Below, one piece after another: positions 27,817 to 36,986 of a stretch of 64,000 nt of DNA; the stretch's first letter is position 1; each line of letters begins with the position of its first letter. The position numbers were made by a program, and so were the translations under genes. Origin of the DNA: an uncultured virus (IMG/VR IMGVR_UViG_3300027303_000001) (Duplodnaviria > Heunggongvirae > Uroviricota > Caudoviricetes); IMG/VR virus record IMGVR_UViG_3300027303_000001; one strand, written 5' to 3'. Under the pieces are notes generated by a model that had not been told where the DNA came from, did no database searches, and was given only the letters and a program-made list of their open reading frames with translations.

Positions 27817-28567
27817 ACTTTACCCACCCCTTGATTTCTTCCATTGTTCTGCCCTGCTTGAGCATGGCCCGGAGCTGCGAATCCGATAGGTCAGGCCGCA
27901 GCATCTTTGCCTCCGGTAGCCCGGGCAAAGCGTTCTTGTAGCGTCGTTTGTTTCTTGCCTGCTCGGCGCGGGTAGCCCAGCGCAGGTTGCCTGGCTCGTA
28001 ATGACGATCGTTGTCGATACGGTCGACAGTCATACTGTCCCCCGGTAGGCCCAAGTTCGTCTCCACCCAACGGGTTGCTGCTTCCACCGACTCGAAACAG
28101 AACCTGATACCTCGACCGCCGTAGTTCACATATGCTTTGTTTCGTTCATTACGGCAGCGGTCTCTGGCGCACGACATGACTTTGCTCAGTCGCTTCTGTT
28201 CCGGCGACCATTTGCGGTGTTTCTCCGCGTTGGCTGCGGCTCCCTTCTTACCGATCTCGCGGAGTCGCGCCAGCGCTGAGCTGTGATCTGCCGATTCCCA
28301 TTTCGAGGTAGAAGCGCAAGACCGGCATTGCGTCTGCCCCGCGCGCAGTTCGGTGTACAGTACAACCAGTTCAGCACCGCACTGGCACCGGCACTGGGCG
28401 GCCCAGTGCCGCCCCTTCTTAACCTCGCCGCCAATCGTTAGCTTTCCCACTGTCGGGTGCTGGGCACGCCACAATGCTCGCTCCTGAGCTTTTCGCTTTA
28501 TCCAGTCTGACCGTGGTGCCCGCGTCGATGAAGACTGGGTGACACGGTGTTCCAACAATCCCGTCAT
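27797..28567 (-). CDS. Free-standing HNH homing endonuclease (start uncertain)
   Basis: GKLTI...QCRCQCG, CRSC, YVNYGGRGI and DRIDNDRHYEPGNLRWAT motifs. Confidence 0.85.
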   Translation of the reverse strand: MTGLLEHRVTQSSSTRAPRSDWIKRKAQERALWRAQHPTVGKLTIGGEVKKGRHWAAQCRCQCGAELVVLYTELRAGQTQCRSCASTSKWESADHSSALARLREIGKKGAAANAEKHRKWSPEQKRLSKVMSCARDRCRNERNKAYVNYGGRGIRFCFESVEAATRWVETNLGLPGDSMTVDRIDNDRHYEPGNLRWATRAEQARNKRRYKNALPGLPEAKMLRPDLSDSQLRAMLKQGRTMEEIKGWVKYASSRV

Positions 28568-29786
28568 GCTCGATAACCTCTGAGTAACCTTGGAACTTTA
28601 CGCCGTCGTGCGGTACGAACTCTTCCCCGTCCCACACCAAGTCGTCGTATAGAACGTCGACAATGTTTTTCTCGATACTCCCAATCATCGGATGGTAGCA
28701 AATGACTTTTGTGTCCGCAACAAGACAACCCGCCAGCCGGTCGGTGTGGGTCTTGCCGTAGGACAGCGGCACCGGCAGCAGGCCGCGTGAGGCGATACCA
28801 CGGAACCGCTCGACGCGGGACTCGGCGAGGGTCGACTTCACGCTCAGGCGCGCCGCTGCCAGCGCCTGGATGTCTTCGGCGCCCTCAGGGTCCGACTCGT
28901 CCTCGAAGTCCAGCAGTGCTTCCATACCCTCGTCGGTTTTGGCGAAGGCGTAGACCATCTTGCTCTGCTTGACCGACCACTTCATCGGCGGCTCGACGTC
29001 GTACTGCTTCTCCAGCACCTGCGCGAGGATCTTGTCCTGACGCAGCACCTTCTGGGTGGCGAGCATACGATCAGGGCCGGCCGGCACGTTGAGGATTGTT
29101 GCCACGCGTTCCATCAGGCCAGCCTTGCGCACCTGCATGTCCTGCGCCATCAGGTCCAGCAGCGGAGCGTCCAGGGCCAGGCGAGGCTGGGCGAACATCT
29201 TCGTGCACAGGTTGGCCATCCACATGGACTGCGGCGGCATCTTCGGCGACATCAGGTTGTAGAGCGCCCAGCACAGGTCTACGTCGAGGTTGCAATACTG
29301 GCCATACTGATCGATCTGCCACTGGGTGAAGTCCAGCCGGCGCTTGTTGATCGCGTACTTGACCTCCTGCCCCTTGGGCGGCAGGCCGTAGAACATCGCG
29401 ACCTTCTCGAGGCTGGCGCTGAACTGCTTGCCGTCGGCGGACTTGCCGCCGTGGATCGCGCGGGCCATCTGCATGGTGCAGGCGTAAGCGGCGGGCCGGA
29501 CGTGCAGGACTTCAGTCAGAATCAAAGAATCAAATTCCGACATATTGTGTCCGATGACGAGGATCTTCGACCAGTCCAGCGACTGCGCCACAGCGCGCAG
29601 GTACTCGAGGGTGCCGGTAAACCAGCGGGTCTCGCCGTCGCCAGGCTTGAGGCTGAAGCCTATCAGTTCGAAACGTGGGTCGCGGATGTACTGCTCAGGG
29701 GTCAGCCAGGTCAGGCTGTATTCGCCGCCAGCCTTGTCGGTGTAGAAACTTTCTGCGTCAAAGGTCCAGGGGTAGAGTTGGGTCAT
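28419..29786 (-). CDS. DNA polymerase family A, N-terminal part (3'-5' exonuclease), ending in a split-intein N fragment
   Basis: FDAE, GHNMSEFD and YCNLDV exonuclease motifs, then THTDRLAG|CLVADT. Confidence 0.9.
   Translation of the reverse strand: MTQLYPWTFDAESFYTDKAGGEYSLTWLTPEQYIRDPRFELIGFSLKPGDGETRWFTGTLEYLRAVAQSLDWSKILVIGHNMSEFDSLILTEVLHVRPAAYACTMQMARAIHGGKSADGKQFSASLEKVAMFYGLPPKGQEVKYAINKRRLDFTQWQIDQYGQYCNLDVDLCWALYNLMSPKMPPQSMWMANLCTKMFAQPRLALDAPLLDLMAQDMQVRKAGLMERVATILNVPAGPDRMLATQKVLRQDKILAQVLEKQYDVEPPMKWSVKQSKMVYAFAKTDEGMEALLDFEDESDPEGAEDIQALAAARLSVKSTLAESRVERFRGIASRGLLPVPLSYGKTHTDRLAGCLVADTKVICYHPMIGSIEKNIVDVLYDDLVWDGEEFVPHDGVKFQGYSEVIEHDGIVGTPCHPVFIDAGTTVRLDKAKSSGASIVACPAPDSGKANDWRRG
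28422..28727 (-). mobile_element. Split intein N fragment (102 aa)
   Basis: Block A CLVADTKV, DLVWDG, and block B GTPCHPVF, then a stop codon. Confidence 0.88.
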
Positions 29787-29931
29787 CTAATCCGCTCCCG
29801 CAAGGAGGTCAGCGCCACGATCATCGTCAGGCAAGCGCCCAACATAAAGAACTGCGGCGCGGGAAGTGGGGAAGCGATACCCACTACCATGATGGTCAGC
29901 AGGGCAATCAGTGCGCTTATCATGATGTCCA

Positions 29932-30165
29932 TCATGGTGTCGGCTCCGCTAAAGGGTCGTGGTCGATCCAGCCCAAGTTGATGGCATTGGTCAGGTTGGC
30001 CAGAACAGTCTTGCCACCTTCGTAGCCGGGCTCGTGTTTGAACGCATAGTTGCCATTGCGCACCGAGTTGATAACGGCACGGGTGACGCCGGCCAGACCT
30101 GCGATCTGGTCGTCGGTGAAGCCTGCGGCAGACAGGCCGTTGTAGGCTTTGGCCCAGTCGGTCAT
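29932..30165 (-). CDS. Small Cro-like HTH protein
   Basis: GFTDDQIAGLAGVTRAVINSVRNG...EP; GGAG RBS. Confidence 0.65.
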   Translation of the reverse strand: MTDWAKAYNGLSAAGFTDDQIAGLAGVTRAVINSVRNGNYAFKHEPGYEGGKTVLANLTNAINLGWIDHDPLAEPTP

Positions 30166-30185
30166 GGTGGATCTCCTAAACGAAA

Positions 30186-30223
30186 ACGGGTGCCGAGTAT
30201 AATAACTGGACACCCGTATACAA
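30186..30223 (-). promoter_or_regulatory. Sigma70-like promoter overlapped by an inverted repeat
   Basis: Minus strand reads TTGTAT-16nt-TATACT. ACGGGTG (30186-30192) and CACCCGT (30211-30217) flank the -10 box. Confidence 0.55.
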
Positions 30224-30233
30224 TCTACCGCTG

Positions 30234-31088
30234 TTATTCGGTAGGTTCTACTGGAGGCGGAGCGATGTAAGCCGGCGCCGCATGGCCAACCCAAGCTTCC
30301 ACCGCCCCGTCGTCATCGGTTGCGTCGTGGTCTACCGGCCGCCTGATATCGAGGACTTTGTTACCTTCGGCGTCCTCGCGTAACACACAAGCAATGGTCT
30401 CTTCGCTCGCAACAAGCCCGTCAGGACCAGTGCTAATGCTCCTTGGGATATTCACGACAGTCGTGATTTTCTCGGGTTTCTTCCAGTCCACGTTATGGCC
30501 GATAGCAGCCAGCCGCTGGAAGACATGACTCACACAAAGCGCTTGGTACAAGGCGTCGTCGAACGCGTTGTGCGCCACCAGCTCGCCGCGCTCTGGCAGG
30601 AACTGCTTGAAGTATCCGGTGAACGTGCGCTCGTCCTTCCATTGCCAGTACGCGAACGGCGGGGCCAGCTGCATGCCCTTGTACGCCGAGTCCAGCCACT
30701 GCTCGTCCTTGCTGCCGCGCGCCCACAGGACCAGCTTCGGGAACTCGCCCTCGGGGATGTCCTCGCTGAAGCCCAGGTAGTCGCTCAGCTCACTGAGGGC
30801 CAGGCGCAGGTTGACCCGGGAGTCCTTGTTGACGTCGCCGAACACTTCGTCGCGCGCTGCCTGTGACTGCTTCATCCACCAGTTGACGGTGCTGGGGTCG
30901 ATGTCCCCGCCGCCGATGGCGTGGGCGATGTCGATGATCCGATAGAAGCCGTCGTCGGTCTGCTCGCCGGTCTTCGGGTCGAAGGCCACGGCGCCGATGG
31001 ACAGGATCAGGGCGGTGGGTTTGATGCCCAGGGTCTCGAGATCGATCGAGACGTGGCGCGGGCCTGTCGGTACGGTTGTATCGCTCAT
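30234..31088 (-). CDS. DEDDh 3'-5' exonuclease (ExoVIII/RNase AS-like)
   Basis: SIDLETLG, ILSIGAV, DPSTVNWW, WARG and HNAFDDALYQA motifs. Confidence 0.85.
   Translation of the reverse strand: MSDTTVPTGPRHVSIDLETLGIKPTALILSIGAVAFDPKTGEQTDDGFYRIIDIAHAIGGGDIDPSTVNWWMKQSQAARDEVFGDVNKDSRVNLRLALSELSDYLGFSEDIPEGEFPKLVLWARGSKDEQWLDSAYKGMQLAPPFAYWQWKDERTFTGYFKQFLPERGELVAHNAFDDALYQALCVSHVFQRLAAIGHNVDWKKPEKITTVVNIPRSISTGPDGLVASEETIACVLREDAEGNKVLDIRRPVDHDATDDDGAVEAWVGHAAPAYIAPPPVEPTE
30452..30466. repeat. TCACGACWGTCGTGA palindrome, copy 1 (intragenic)
   Basis: TCACGACAGTCGTGA. Confidence 0.9.
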
Positions 31089-31339
31089 TGGTTGTTGCTC
31101 CGGTCTATTTCCAGTGATACGACGACAGCGATAGGGCTGTCGAAGAACTCGGTTAACATTTCTTCGTCGTACGTTGACTCGCTTGTCAGCGTGACCTGGA
31201 AAGCGAAGTACGTGCCGTCGTGGTACTGGGTGATCCACTTCGTGTTAGCTACGCTCTCGTCTCGGAACGTCACGCCGTCGGGCTGTATATCCCATCCCTT
31301 GCCGGCCATCCATTGGATCTCGTCACGGGTAAAAGCCAT
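31085..31339 (-). CDS. Small paralogue-family protein
   Basis: FTRDEIQWMAGKGW...FFDSPIAVVVSLEIDRSN. Confidence 0.7.
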   Translation of the reverse strand: MAFTRDEIQWMAGKGWDIQPDGVTFRDESVANTKWITQYHDGTYFAFQVTLTSESTYDEEMLTEFFDSPIAVVVSLEIDRSNNQ

Positions 31340-31587
31340 TAGGGTTCTCCCCAGTTTTCCAGCTCCGCGTGGACATACGCCGACACGGGGTCGACGAACA
31401 AAGGACCTCTCCAGTACCGCCCAGCAGGCCCGCCGGTGCTGTGGATAGCGGACCACTGTTTGGTTGCCCGATCGCGGTCGATGTACTGAGATAGGTTCCT
31501 CCTCGTCCAGTACGAATTGCTCGGTCGGTGGTACCGGGTAAACCCGGCTTTGCCCAGGAAGTTGATCTCGCTGCGCTTGATCCTCAC
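31339..31587 (-). CDS. Small paralogue-family protein
   Basis: KRSEINFLGKAGF...LFVDPVSAYVHAELENW. Confidence 0.7.
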   Translation of the reverse strand: MRIKRSEINFLGKAGFTRYHRPSNSYWTRRNLSQYIDRDRATKQWSAIHSTGGPAGRYWRGPLFVDPVSAYVHAELENWGEP

Positions 31588-31880
31588 GGCCGCCCCCACC
31601 CTGCCAGTTCGGCGTTCACGTACGCGGTTATCGGCGAGTCGAAGCCCGCTTGCCCGATCCGTACGTTAGTCTGCGCGTACCGGTCGAAACGTCTCGTAAC
31701 CCACTCCCATTGCAGCTGTCCGCTCACTCCCCAGTCGGTGTACTGCGCGATTCTTCTGGTAACGCCTAGCCCCGGTCTGGCCGTAAAGCACAGCTTTTCC
31801 TTGTTCCATTCGAAGTCGCGTTCCTGCATGAACGCCATGGACTCGTCGTCCGGCCACCAGTACGACCCGCGAGCAACCAT
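31584..31880 (-). CDS. Small paralogue-family protein
   Basis: DDESMAFMQERDF...GFDSPITAYVNAELAGW. Confidence 0.7.
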   Translation of the reverse strand: MVARGSYWWPDDESMAFMQERDFEWNKEKLCFTARPGLGVTRRIAQYTDWGVSGQLQWEWVTRRFDRYAQTNVRIGQAGFDSPITAYVNAELAGWGRP

Positions 31881-31881
31881 C

Positions 31882-32781
31882 TCACACGTCCGACAAATCA
31901 CGCCACGCCAGGAACACCGGGTGCCGAGGTTTATCCTTGACGCCCACCGGGAAGAACTTGTATTTCGCCAGCCTGCCGATCAGCTGGTCTCGGCTCTGCC
32001 AAAGCACGGTTCGCTCCAGGTGCGTGAAGCCGGTACCGATCTCGAACTCGACGCCCTCCGGCGTACGACAGATCAGCGCACCGAGCATACCCATCGGCAC
32101 CAGGTTTGCCTTGTGACTGGAGCGTTCAGTTTGGCCCAGCGCGTTGGTGGTCGCCGGGTTGCTGTTGTGCATCAGCTCGTAGAAGCCGATCACCACAGCC
32201 TCGGCGTCCTTGAAGCGCTTGACCTTCATCTTCCCCTGCTCTTTCGCCGTGCTGCGACCGTGCTTGTAAAGCGCGTTGGGGTTGCAGACGATCACGCCCT
32301 CGTAGCCAAGTGTAAGCTGCTCGGCTTCGAACGCCGCCAGTTCTTCAGGGCTACGGATCAGCTTTTGCTCCAGGATCTTGAACCACGGGTGGAACGCTTG
32401 CAGCGCGCTGGTCTGAGTCGCCAGGCGCTCGGCCCTGTTGTAGAACGGACCGGGTACCGGGTCCACATAGTCGAACACGTAAAACGTGAAGTCCGGCTGA
32501 CCCTCGCGAGTCATCACGCCCGACGTGGTCTGGTTGATACAGTCGTGGGCCATCGGGCTGCCCACCACCAGCTCGCCGTCGAACACAGCGGGCAGGTTCG
32601 CCGCCTTGATCGTCTCGCGGATATGGTGGTTCTGGACGTCCTTCAGGGTGCGAGTCAGCGGTACGCCGTTCCAGACCGTGGCGCGTATGCCGTCCAGCTT
32701 TGGACTGGCGTACACCGGGAAGACGATGTCGTCCGGGGCGTCGCAGGCCAGGTTAGGTTTCTTCGGTTCAAGCCTGCTCAT
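31882..32781 (-). CDS. ATP-dependent DNA ligase
   Basis: SPKLDGIR, FDGEL, FYVFD, GYEGVI, KVKRF and IGTGF motifs. Confidence 0.93.
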   Translation of the reverse strand: MSRLEPKKPNLACDAPDDIVFPVYASPKLDGIRATVWNGVPLTRTLKDVQNHHIRETIKAANLPAVFDGELVVGSPMAHDCINQTTSGVMTREGQPDFTFYVFDYVDPVPGPFYNRAERLATQTSALQAFHPWFKILEQKLIRSPEELAAFEAEQLTLGYEGVIVCNPNALYKHGRSTAKEQGKMKVKRFKDAEAVVIGFYELMHNSNPATTNALGQTERSSHKANLVPMGMLGALICRTPEGVEFEIGTGFTHLERTVLWQSRDQLIGRLAKYKFFPVGVKDKPRHPVFLAWRDLSDV

Positions 32782-32989
32782 AATGAATGTTCTCCTCGTC
32801 CAACAGGCCTTCCAGGTACTCGACGCGGGTCATCTCGTCGCTGTTTGACATACCTGTCACGGTCAGCCCATCGATGGCTTTCTTTTCTGCGAACGCAGCG
32901 CCGACGGTGTGTAGCCACGGCTGGGCAGCTTCGGGGTCGTCGATACGAACGACGACGGTGACGAACTTAGGTTTGCTGGTCTGGGTCAT
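32768..32989 (-). CDS. Hypothetical protein
   Basis: MTQTSKPK..., preceded by a GAGG RBS. Confidence 0.55.
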   Translation of the reverse strand: MTQTSKPKFVTVVVRIDDPEAAQPWLHTVGAAFAEKKAIDGLTVTGMSNSDEMTRVEYLEGLLDEENIHYEQA

Positions 32990-33245
32990 GCTGATATTTC
33001 CTCGGATTAAAATCGCAATCACCGCTGCCATACCGGTGCGGTGAACCCCTGTCTCCCCACGCCATACCGGTGCAGGTGCACATGTTCTTACGCCAGGGGC
33101 GGGCGACGTATTCGGCGTTGACCGTGGCGTTCTTCCCGCACAGGGTGCACTTGTCGCCCTCAAACCCCTTGAAGCGGTGGCGACAAGGGGTCGAGGTGCA
33201 GCGCATGTACGTAGGCTTGTTGGTGCCTCTAAACCGACTTGCCAT
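32967..33245 (-). CDS. Cys-rich putative zinc-binding protein
   Basis: C-x4-C, CTLC, CTC and H...C residues. Confidence 0.6.
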   Translation of the reverse strand: MASRFRGTNKPTYMRCTSTPCRHRFKGFEGDKCTLCGKNATVNAEYVARPWRKNMCTCTGMAWGDRGSPHRYGSGDCDFNPRKYQHDPDQQT

Positions 33246-33684
33246 CGGTCTGTTCTACCACCGACGTGAAGCCTTCGGCTGCTTCCTTATGGGCGGCGTT
33301 GATATCGCCAGCCGGGGTCTGCGCTGGCTGCATGGCTTGCGCCGCCTGCTGCGCCTGAGCCTGAACTACGTCGTTGAGACGCTTCAAGCCGGTTGCTGTG
33401 GCGACGGCCCCGATCATCTGCGGCGGGATCGCCTGTACTCGCTCAGGACCCATGATCTCCATCCCGAGCATCTGGATCAGCGCCAGAGAGAACACATTCA
33501 GCTGACCTTCGTCACAAGCGGCGATGACGTTCAGGCCGCCTTCGACCTCGCCGTTGATCGCGATCATCAGATAGCTGTCCTTGCGGTTCAGCACGCCCTC
33601 GACATGCTCACGGCTCTGCGCGTGGACTTCGTCGCGGGTCGGTTCGTTGGTGACGTCTGCCACTGGGATCAGTTTGTCAGTCAT
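33229..33684 (-). CDS. Hypothetical protein
   Basis: 151-aa ORF in the operon. Confidence 0.6.
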   Translation of the reverse strand: MTDKLIPVADVTNEPTRDEVHAQSREHVEGVLNRKDSYLMIAINGEVEGGLNVIAACDEGQLNVFSLALIQMLGMEIMGPERVQAIPPQMIGAVATATGLKRLNDVVQAQAQQAAQAMQPAQTPAGDINAAHKEAAEGFTSVVEQTDGKSV

Positions 33685-33688
33685 TGCC

Positions 33689-34291
33689 TTAGTTCTCTTC
33701 TACGCCGAAAGCGGCTTGGGGTTGATGGTGCAGGGTTGCCCACACCAGGTTATTAACGATGACGCGGACATCTTTCTTCGGGTTGCTCTGGGCCATCATC
33801 CAGCTGATGTCGCGCACCGGCACGTTGGAGCCAGTAACCACGAGGTCACCGTCGGACCAGCACACCCGACCGCGCGGGGGATCCATCAGCGGGGGCCGGG
33901 GCGGGAAGCCCAGGTAGCGCATGGTGTTGGTGATCCGGGTTTCCATACGGACGGTGCGGGTCTCCAGTCGCTCGAGCAGGTCCAGGATACGGGCGATCGG
34001 GTCACGACTGTCGTGATATGGCGCTTCGAACTCCGGTACGCAGCCTGTCTGCTGGCGCGGGCCGGTCGGTGCGGGTTGGGAATGCATCTTTTCCACCACG
34101 CCTTTGTAAATGTCAGGTGCCGGGATAGAGCGAACTTGCCGCATGCCCTCCGCCGTCTTGTCCATGGTGGTCAGCAACGGAACGGCCGGCTTCCGTGGCC
34201 CGCTCAGGACGTCCTTGGCCGACAGCGTGCCGGACAGCAGGCCTTTCAGTTCGGCCTCGACTTCCTGCTCATGCTTGGATTTGATAGTCAT
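33689..34291 (-). CDS. Hypothetical protein
   Basis: 200 aa with a short coiled coil (LERLETRTVRMETRI). ATGA overlap with the upstream gene. Confidence 0.6.
   Translation of the reverse strand: MTIKSKHEQEVEAELKGLLSGTLSAKDVLSGPRKPAVPLLTTMDKTAEGMRQVRSIPAPDIYKGVVEKMHSQPAPTGPRQQTGCVPEFEAPYHDSRDPIARILDLLERLETRTVRMETRITNTMRYLGFPPRPPLMDPPRGRVCWSDGDLVVTGSNVPVRDISWMMAQSNPKKDVRVIVNNLVWATLHHQPQAAFGVEEN
34002..34016. repeat. TCACGACWGTCGTGA palindrome, copy 2 (intragenic)
   Basis: TCACGACTGTCGTGA. Confidence 0.9.
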
Positions 34292-35157
34292 TGCGCACCC
34301 CCAGAGAAAAAGTCGATCAGCCCGGCGTTCATTTTCATGGCGGCGTCATACGCCTGGCGCCGGGTGGTCTTGTTGTGGCGCAGAGCCTCAGGCTCGTGCA
34401 CGCAGATGTTGTTCACCAGCTGGTTCGTCAGGTCGGTCAGGACCGGGTCGCTGGTGATGTTCAGTGATGGCAGGATGTCAGCCAGGTCGCGGGCGTTGGT
34501 GATCAGGCTGTCGCGGAACACAGCGTCTTCGGCGCCGAGACGGTCCATCAGCGCTTCGGTGACCTTGAGCACGCGGTTGAAGGCGTCGGTCATGCAGGTT
34601 TCGACGGCGCGGGTGGTGCCCTGCTCAATCGACTGGCGGATAGCTTCCACTTCGGCCTCGCCAATATCGCAGCGGAAGTCTTCGCCCCGTGGGATCGGCA
34701 TCACAACGGTTTCCATCGAGAACTTGGCGGACACCACGGCTGTGCTGGGGTAGTCGGCCTCGTTGAACAGGCTGCCCAGCAGCCGCTTGGCTTCCTCGCG
34801 CAGCGCCGGGTATTCGACGACGAACTTCTCGACCTGGATGTCGAACTCGTCGCGTAGGGCGGAGATCTCGGCCATGTACTCGAGGTAACCAATGTTGGAC
34901 AGGATGCGCGGGCCGGCGTCCGACCACGGCAGCGTGCGACGGTAGTGCGCGGCGCGGGCCTTGGTGGCGATGGTCTTGATTTCTTCGAGCGCCCCACCTT
35001 CTACCAACGACTTGTAGTAGGTGCCCTTGCTGCTGGCGACATTGTGGGTGGTAGCGACTTCGGCGGCGGCGCGCTTGTCGACTTTGCGGGCGGACCACTG
35101 GGTAACGTTCAAGCCGACCAGCATTGCGTGGCCGTGGATGCGAGTTTCGTTTGTCAT
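34288..35157 (-). CDS. DUF3150-like helical protein
   Basis: MLVGLNVTQWSARKVD...TLPWSDAGPRIL...LGSLFNEADYP...LNITSDP resembles the protein that often accompanies phage AAA/VWA pairs. Confidence 0.55.
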   Translation of the reverse strand: MTNETRIHGHAMLVGLNVTQWSARKVDKRAAAEVATTHNVASSKGTYYKSLVEGGALEEIKTIATKARAAHYRRTLPWSDAGPRILSNIGYLEYMAEISALRDEFDIQVEKFVVEYPALREEAKRLLGSLFNEADYPSTAVVSAKFSMETVVMPIPRGEDFRCDIGEAEVEAIRQSIEQGTTRAVETCMTDAFNRVLKVTEALMDRLGAEDAVFRDSLITNARDLADILPSLNITSDPVLTDLTNQLVNNICVHEPEALRHNKTTRRQAYDAAMKMNAGLIDFFSGGAQ

Positions 35158-35200
35158 CTTAGTTCTCTTTCAAAGTGCGGAAGTGTGTAAGAGCTATATA

Positions 35201-35524
35201 TCAGGCTTTATTATTACTTAGTTCTATCTCGAGGGCAAGCATTGCACCTACATGGGAAGGAAATGCAACCCCCTCCATGAACCACTGCCAGTCTAAACCG
35301 GTGCGGGTCTTCTCCTGAATTGTCCAGCCACCACAGAAGCCGTTAAAGCAAACGCGGTACTTGGTGGTTTCACGCCAAGGCTTAGGCCTAGGAAATTTTA
35401 TGCCCGGCGATGCGGGGCGCACGACCACAAACCACTTCTCGTACAAGCCCACGCCCGACGCCGACATGTTCACGCAGAACCACCCGTCTGGCATGACCAG
35501 ATCGGTCAGCGATAGGGGTGTCAT
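35201..35524 (-). CDS. Small paralogue-family protein
   Basis: VMPDGW...AFPSHVGAMLALEIELSN. Confidence 0.65.
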   Translation of the reverse strand: MTPLSLTDLVMPDGWFCVNMSASGVGLYEKWFVVVRPASPGIKFPRPKPWRETTKYRVCFNGFCGGWTIQEKTRTGLDWQWFMEGVAFPSHVGAMLALEIELSNNKA

Positions 35525-36066
35525 ACCTGGCTGCCGTTTACGCTCCGCATAAACGCCTCCATCTCGGCCTGTTGTTTCGGCGAGACGTTTCCGTCCCACG
35601 GCACTGGCTGCTGGAAAGAGCTTATCTGTCCCAGACCACCGTACGGCACCCCAGCAGCGACGTGCTGTGGGTTGAGTGCCGGGCCTTGCCACGTCGGAGC
35701 CGCTGGACCGGTGGGCGTAACCGGCGCCTGCGGGTAGAACATCTCCCCCGGCGGGTTGTTCGCTACCTCGATCTCCCACCACGCAGCGACAGCCAGGGCG
35801 TCCGTAAAATAAGGCTCGCCGCGCATCAGCCTCATATTCAGGTTCACCCGGTGCACGGGCACCGACATGCTGTGCATCCACACCAGCCGCCCAGACATCG
35901 CGGTGGGCACGATTGCTGTGCTCGCACGGATGAACATCAGCTCTTGCTCGGCGTGGGCCACCATCTCGTAGCCCAGCTCATGAAGGGCCCGCAGCGACTC
36001 CCATCCGTCTTCGACGGTGTCGCTGAAGCGCTTGGTGTACGTTTCGATCTGGCTATGGGCGGGCAT
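35521..36066 (-). CDS. Paralogue-family protein with a Pro/Gln-rich extension
   Basis: YFTDALAVAAWWEIEVANN lies internally. Confidence 0.65.
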   Translation of the reverse strand: MPAHSQIETYTKRFSDTVEDGWESLRALHELGYEMVAHAEQELMFIRASTAIVPTAMSGRLVWMHSMSVPVHRVNLNMRLMRGEPYFTDALAVAAWWEIEVANNPPGEMFYPQAPVTPTGPAAPTWQGPALNPQHVAAGVPYGGLGQISSFQQPVPWDGNVSPKQQAEMEAFMRSVNGSQV

Positions 36067-36625
36067 TAACACGGTCCTCCAGGTTTGAAAAGTCGAGTTG
36101 AGCCGTTTCGTCGATCACGACAGTCGTGAACTCTTGTCCCATGAACGCCCGACGGTAGTCCTCCATCATCTGCTGCGCGGCGGCTTCGTTGTTCACGAGG
36201 TCGCTAATCGACTGGAGCGGACGCCGACCGTTGTTGTACCCCAGGGACATCCGCACAGTTTTCGACTCGATACCGGCCCAGTCCATACCGGTAACGCGCT
36301 CTGGCTCGTTCGACTGCTCGATCTTGACGAAGGTTAAGCAGGCGTCAAATGAGCAGGATTCGAAAACGATATCTCTGGAGACGTAAGTCTCGTCGTGCAG
36401 GAGAAAGTCCAGTTTTGTCTGGTAAACCTTCCACTTAACGCCCGCTTTGCCGATGACCCGCCATCCGTTACCCCAGGTCCCACAGACGTACTCGCACACG
36501 TCTGTGCGCTCGTGTCTGTGCCACCCCTCCGGCGTCGCCGGGGCAGTAAAACCGGCGTTCTGTACACGCGGACCTGGCTGCGGAACCCAGCGCTTCTGCC
36601 ATGGCTTATTCTGGTGCCTGCCCAT
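36053..36625 (-). CDS. Paralogue-family protein with a C-terminal extension
   Basis: TPEGW...SCSFDACLTFVKIEQSN lies internally. Confidence 0.6.
   Translation of the reverse strand: MGRHQNKPWQKRWVPQPGPRVQNAGFTAPATPEGWHRHERTDVCEYVCGTWGNGWRVIGKAGVKWKVYQTKLDFLLHDETYVSRDIVFESCSFDACLTFVKIEQSNEPERVTGMDWAGIESKTVRMSLGYNNGRRPLQSISDLVNNEAAAQQMMEDYRRAFMGQEFTTVVIDETAQLDFSNLEDRVNARP
36115..36129. repeat. TCACGACWGTCGTGA palindrome, copy 3 (intragenic)
   Basis: TCACGACAGTCGTGA. Confidence 0.9.
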
Positions 36626-36986
36626 TGCTACCTCTCCTGAAATATTCCGGCCAGTGGATGTATAGATACGCCTCCACAGCGTCCGGTGTGAGCCACGGCG
36701 ACCACTCTTCGAACAGGCGAACCCGGAAGGTAAACTCGCTGCTCTCGTACTCGAAAGCAAGCGAGGACCGGGCGCCAAGTGGGTCGTCCTTGGTCGGCGA
36801 GTTCTTCACCGCCTCGCCGTTCACGTAGACCTGCGGCCAGGTCTTCTTGATGTACTCGGACCAGTCGTGGTTCGACAGACACCACGACATCGGAAACCAC
36901 TTGCGGCTGTCAGCGGGTCGCTGCCCGGTGCCAGAGTTATCAGGCAGCGTCGCCTTACCCGCCCGTGGGTTGATCTTAGGCCGCAT
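36606..36986 (-). CDS. Hypothetical protein (weak match to the paralogue family)
   Basis: Trp-rich; ends WLTPDAVEAYLYIHW. Confidence 0.55.
   Translation of the reverse strand: MRPKINPRAGKATLPDNSGTGQRPADSRKWFPMSWCLSNHDWSEYIKKTWPQVYVNGEAVKNSPTKDDPLGARSSLAFEYESSEFTFRVRLFEEWSPWLTPDAVEAYLYIHWPEYFRRGSNGQAPE

Noticed and set aside
27797..28567. Group I intron explanation for the split polymerase
   Set aside because: Both halves carry clear intein blocks, the HNH ORF fills the whole gap and leaves no room for an intron core, and the C-half has its own start and RBS.
31528..32961. 477-aa plus-strand ORF and similar long antisense ORFs (e.g. 25248-26759, 62560-63945)
   Set aside because: They lie opposite well-supported genes, as expected in GC-rich DNA, and have no recognisable motifs.
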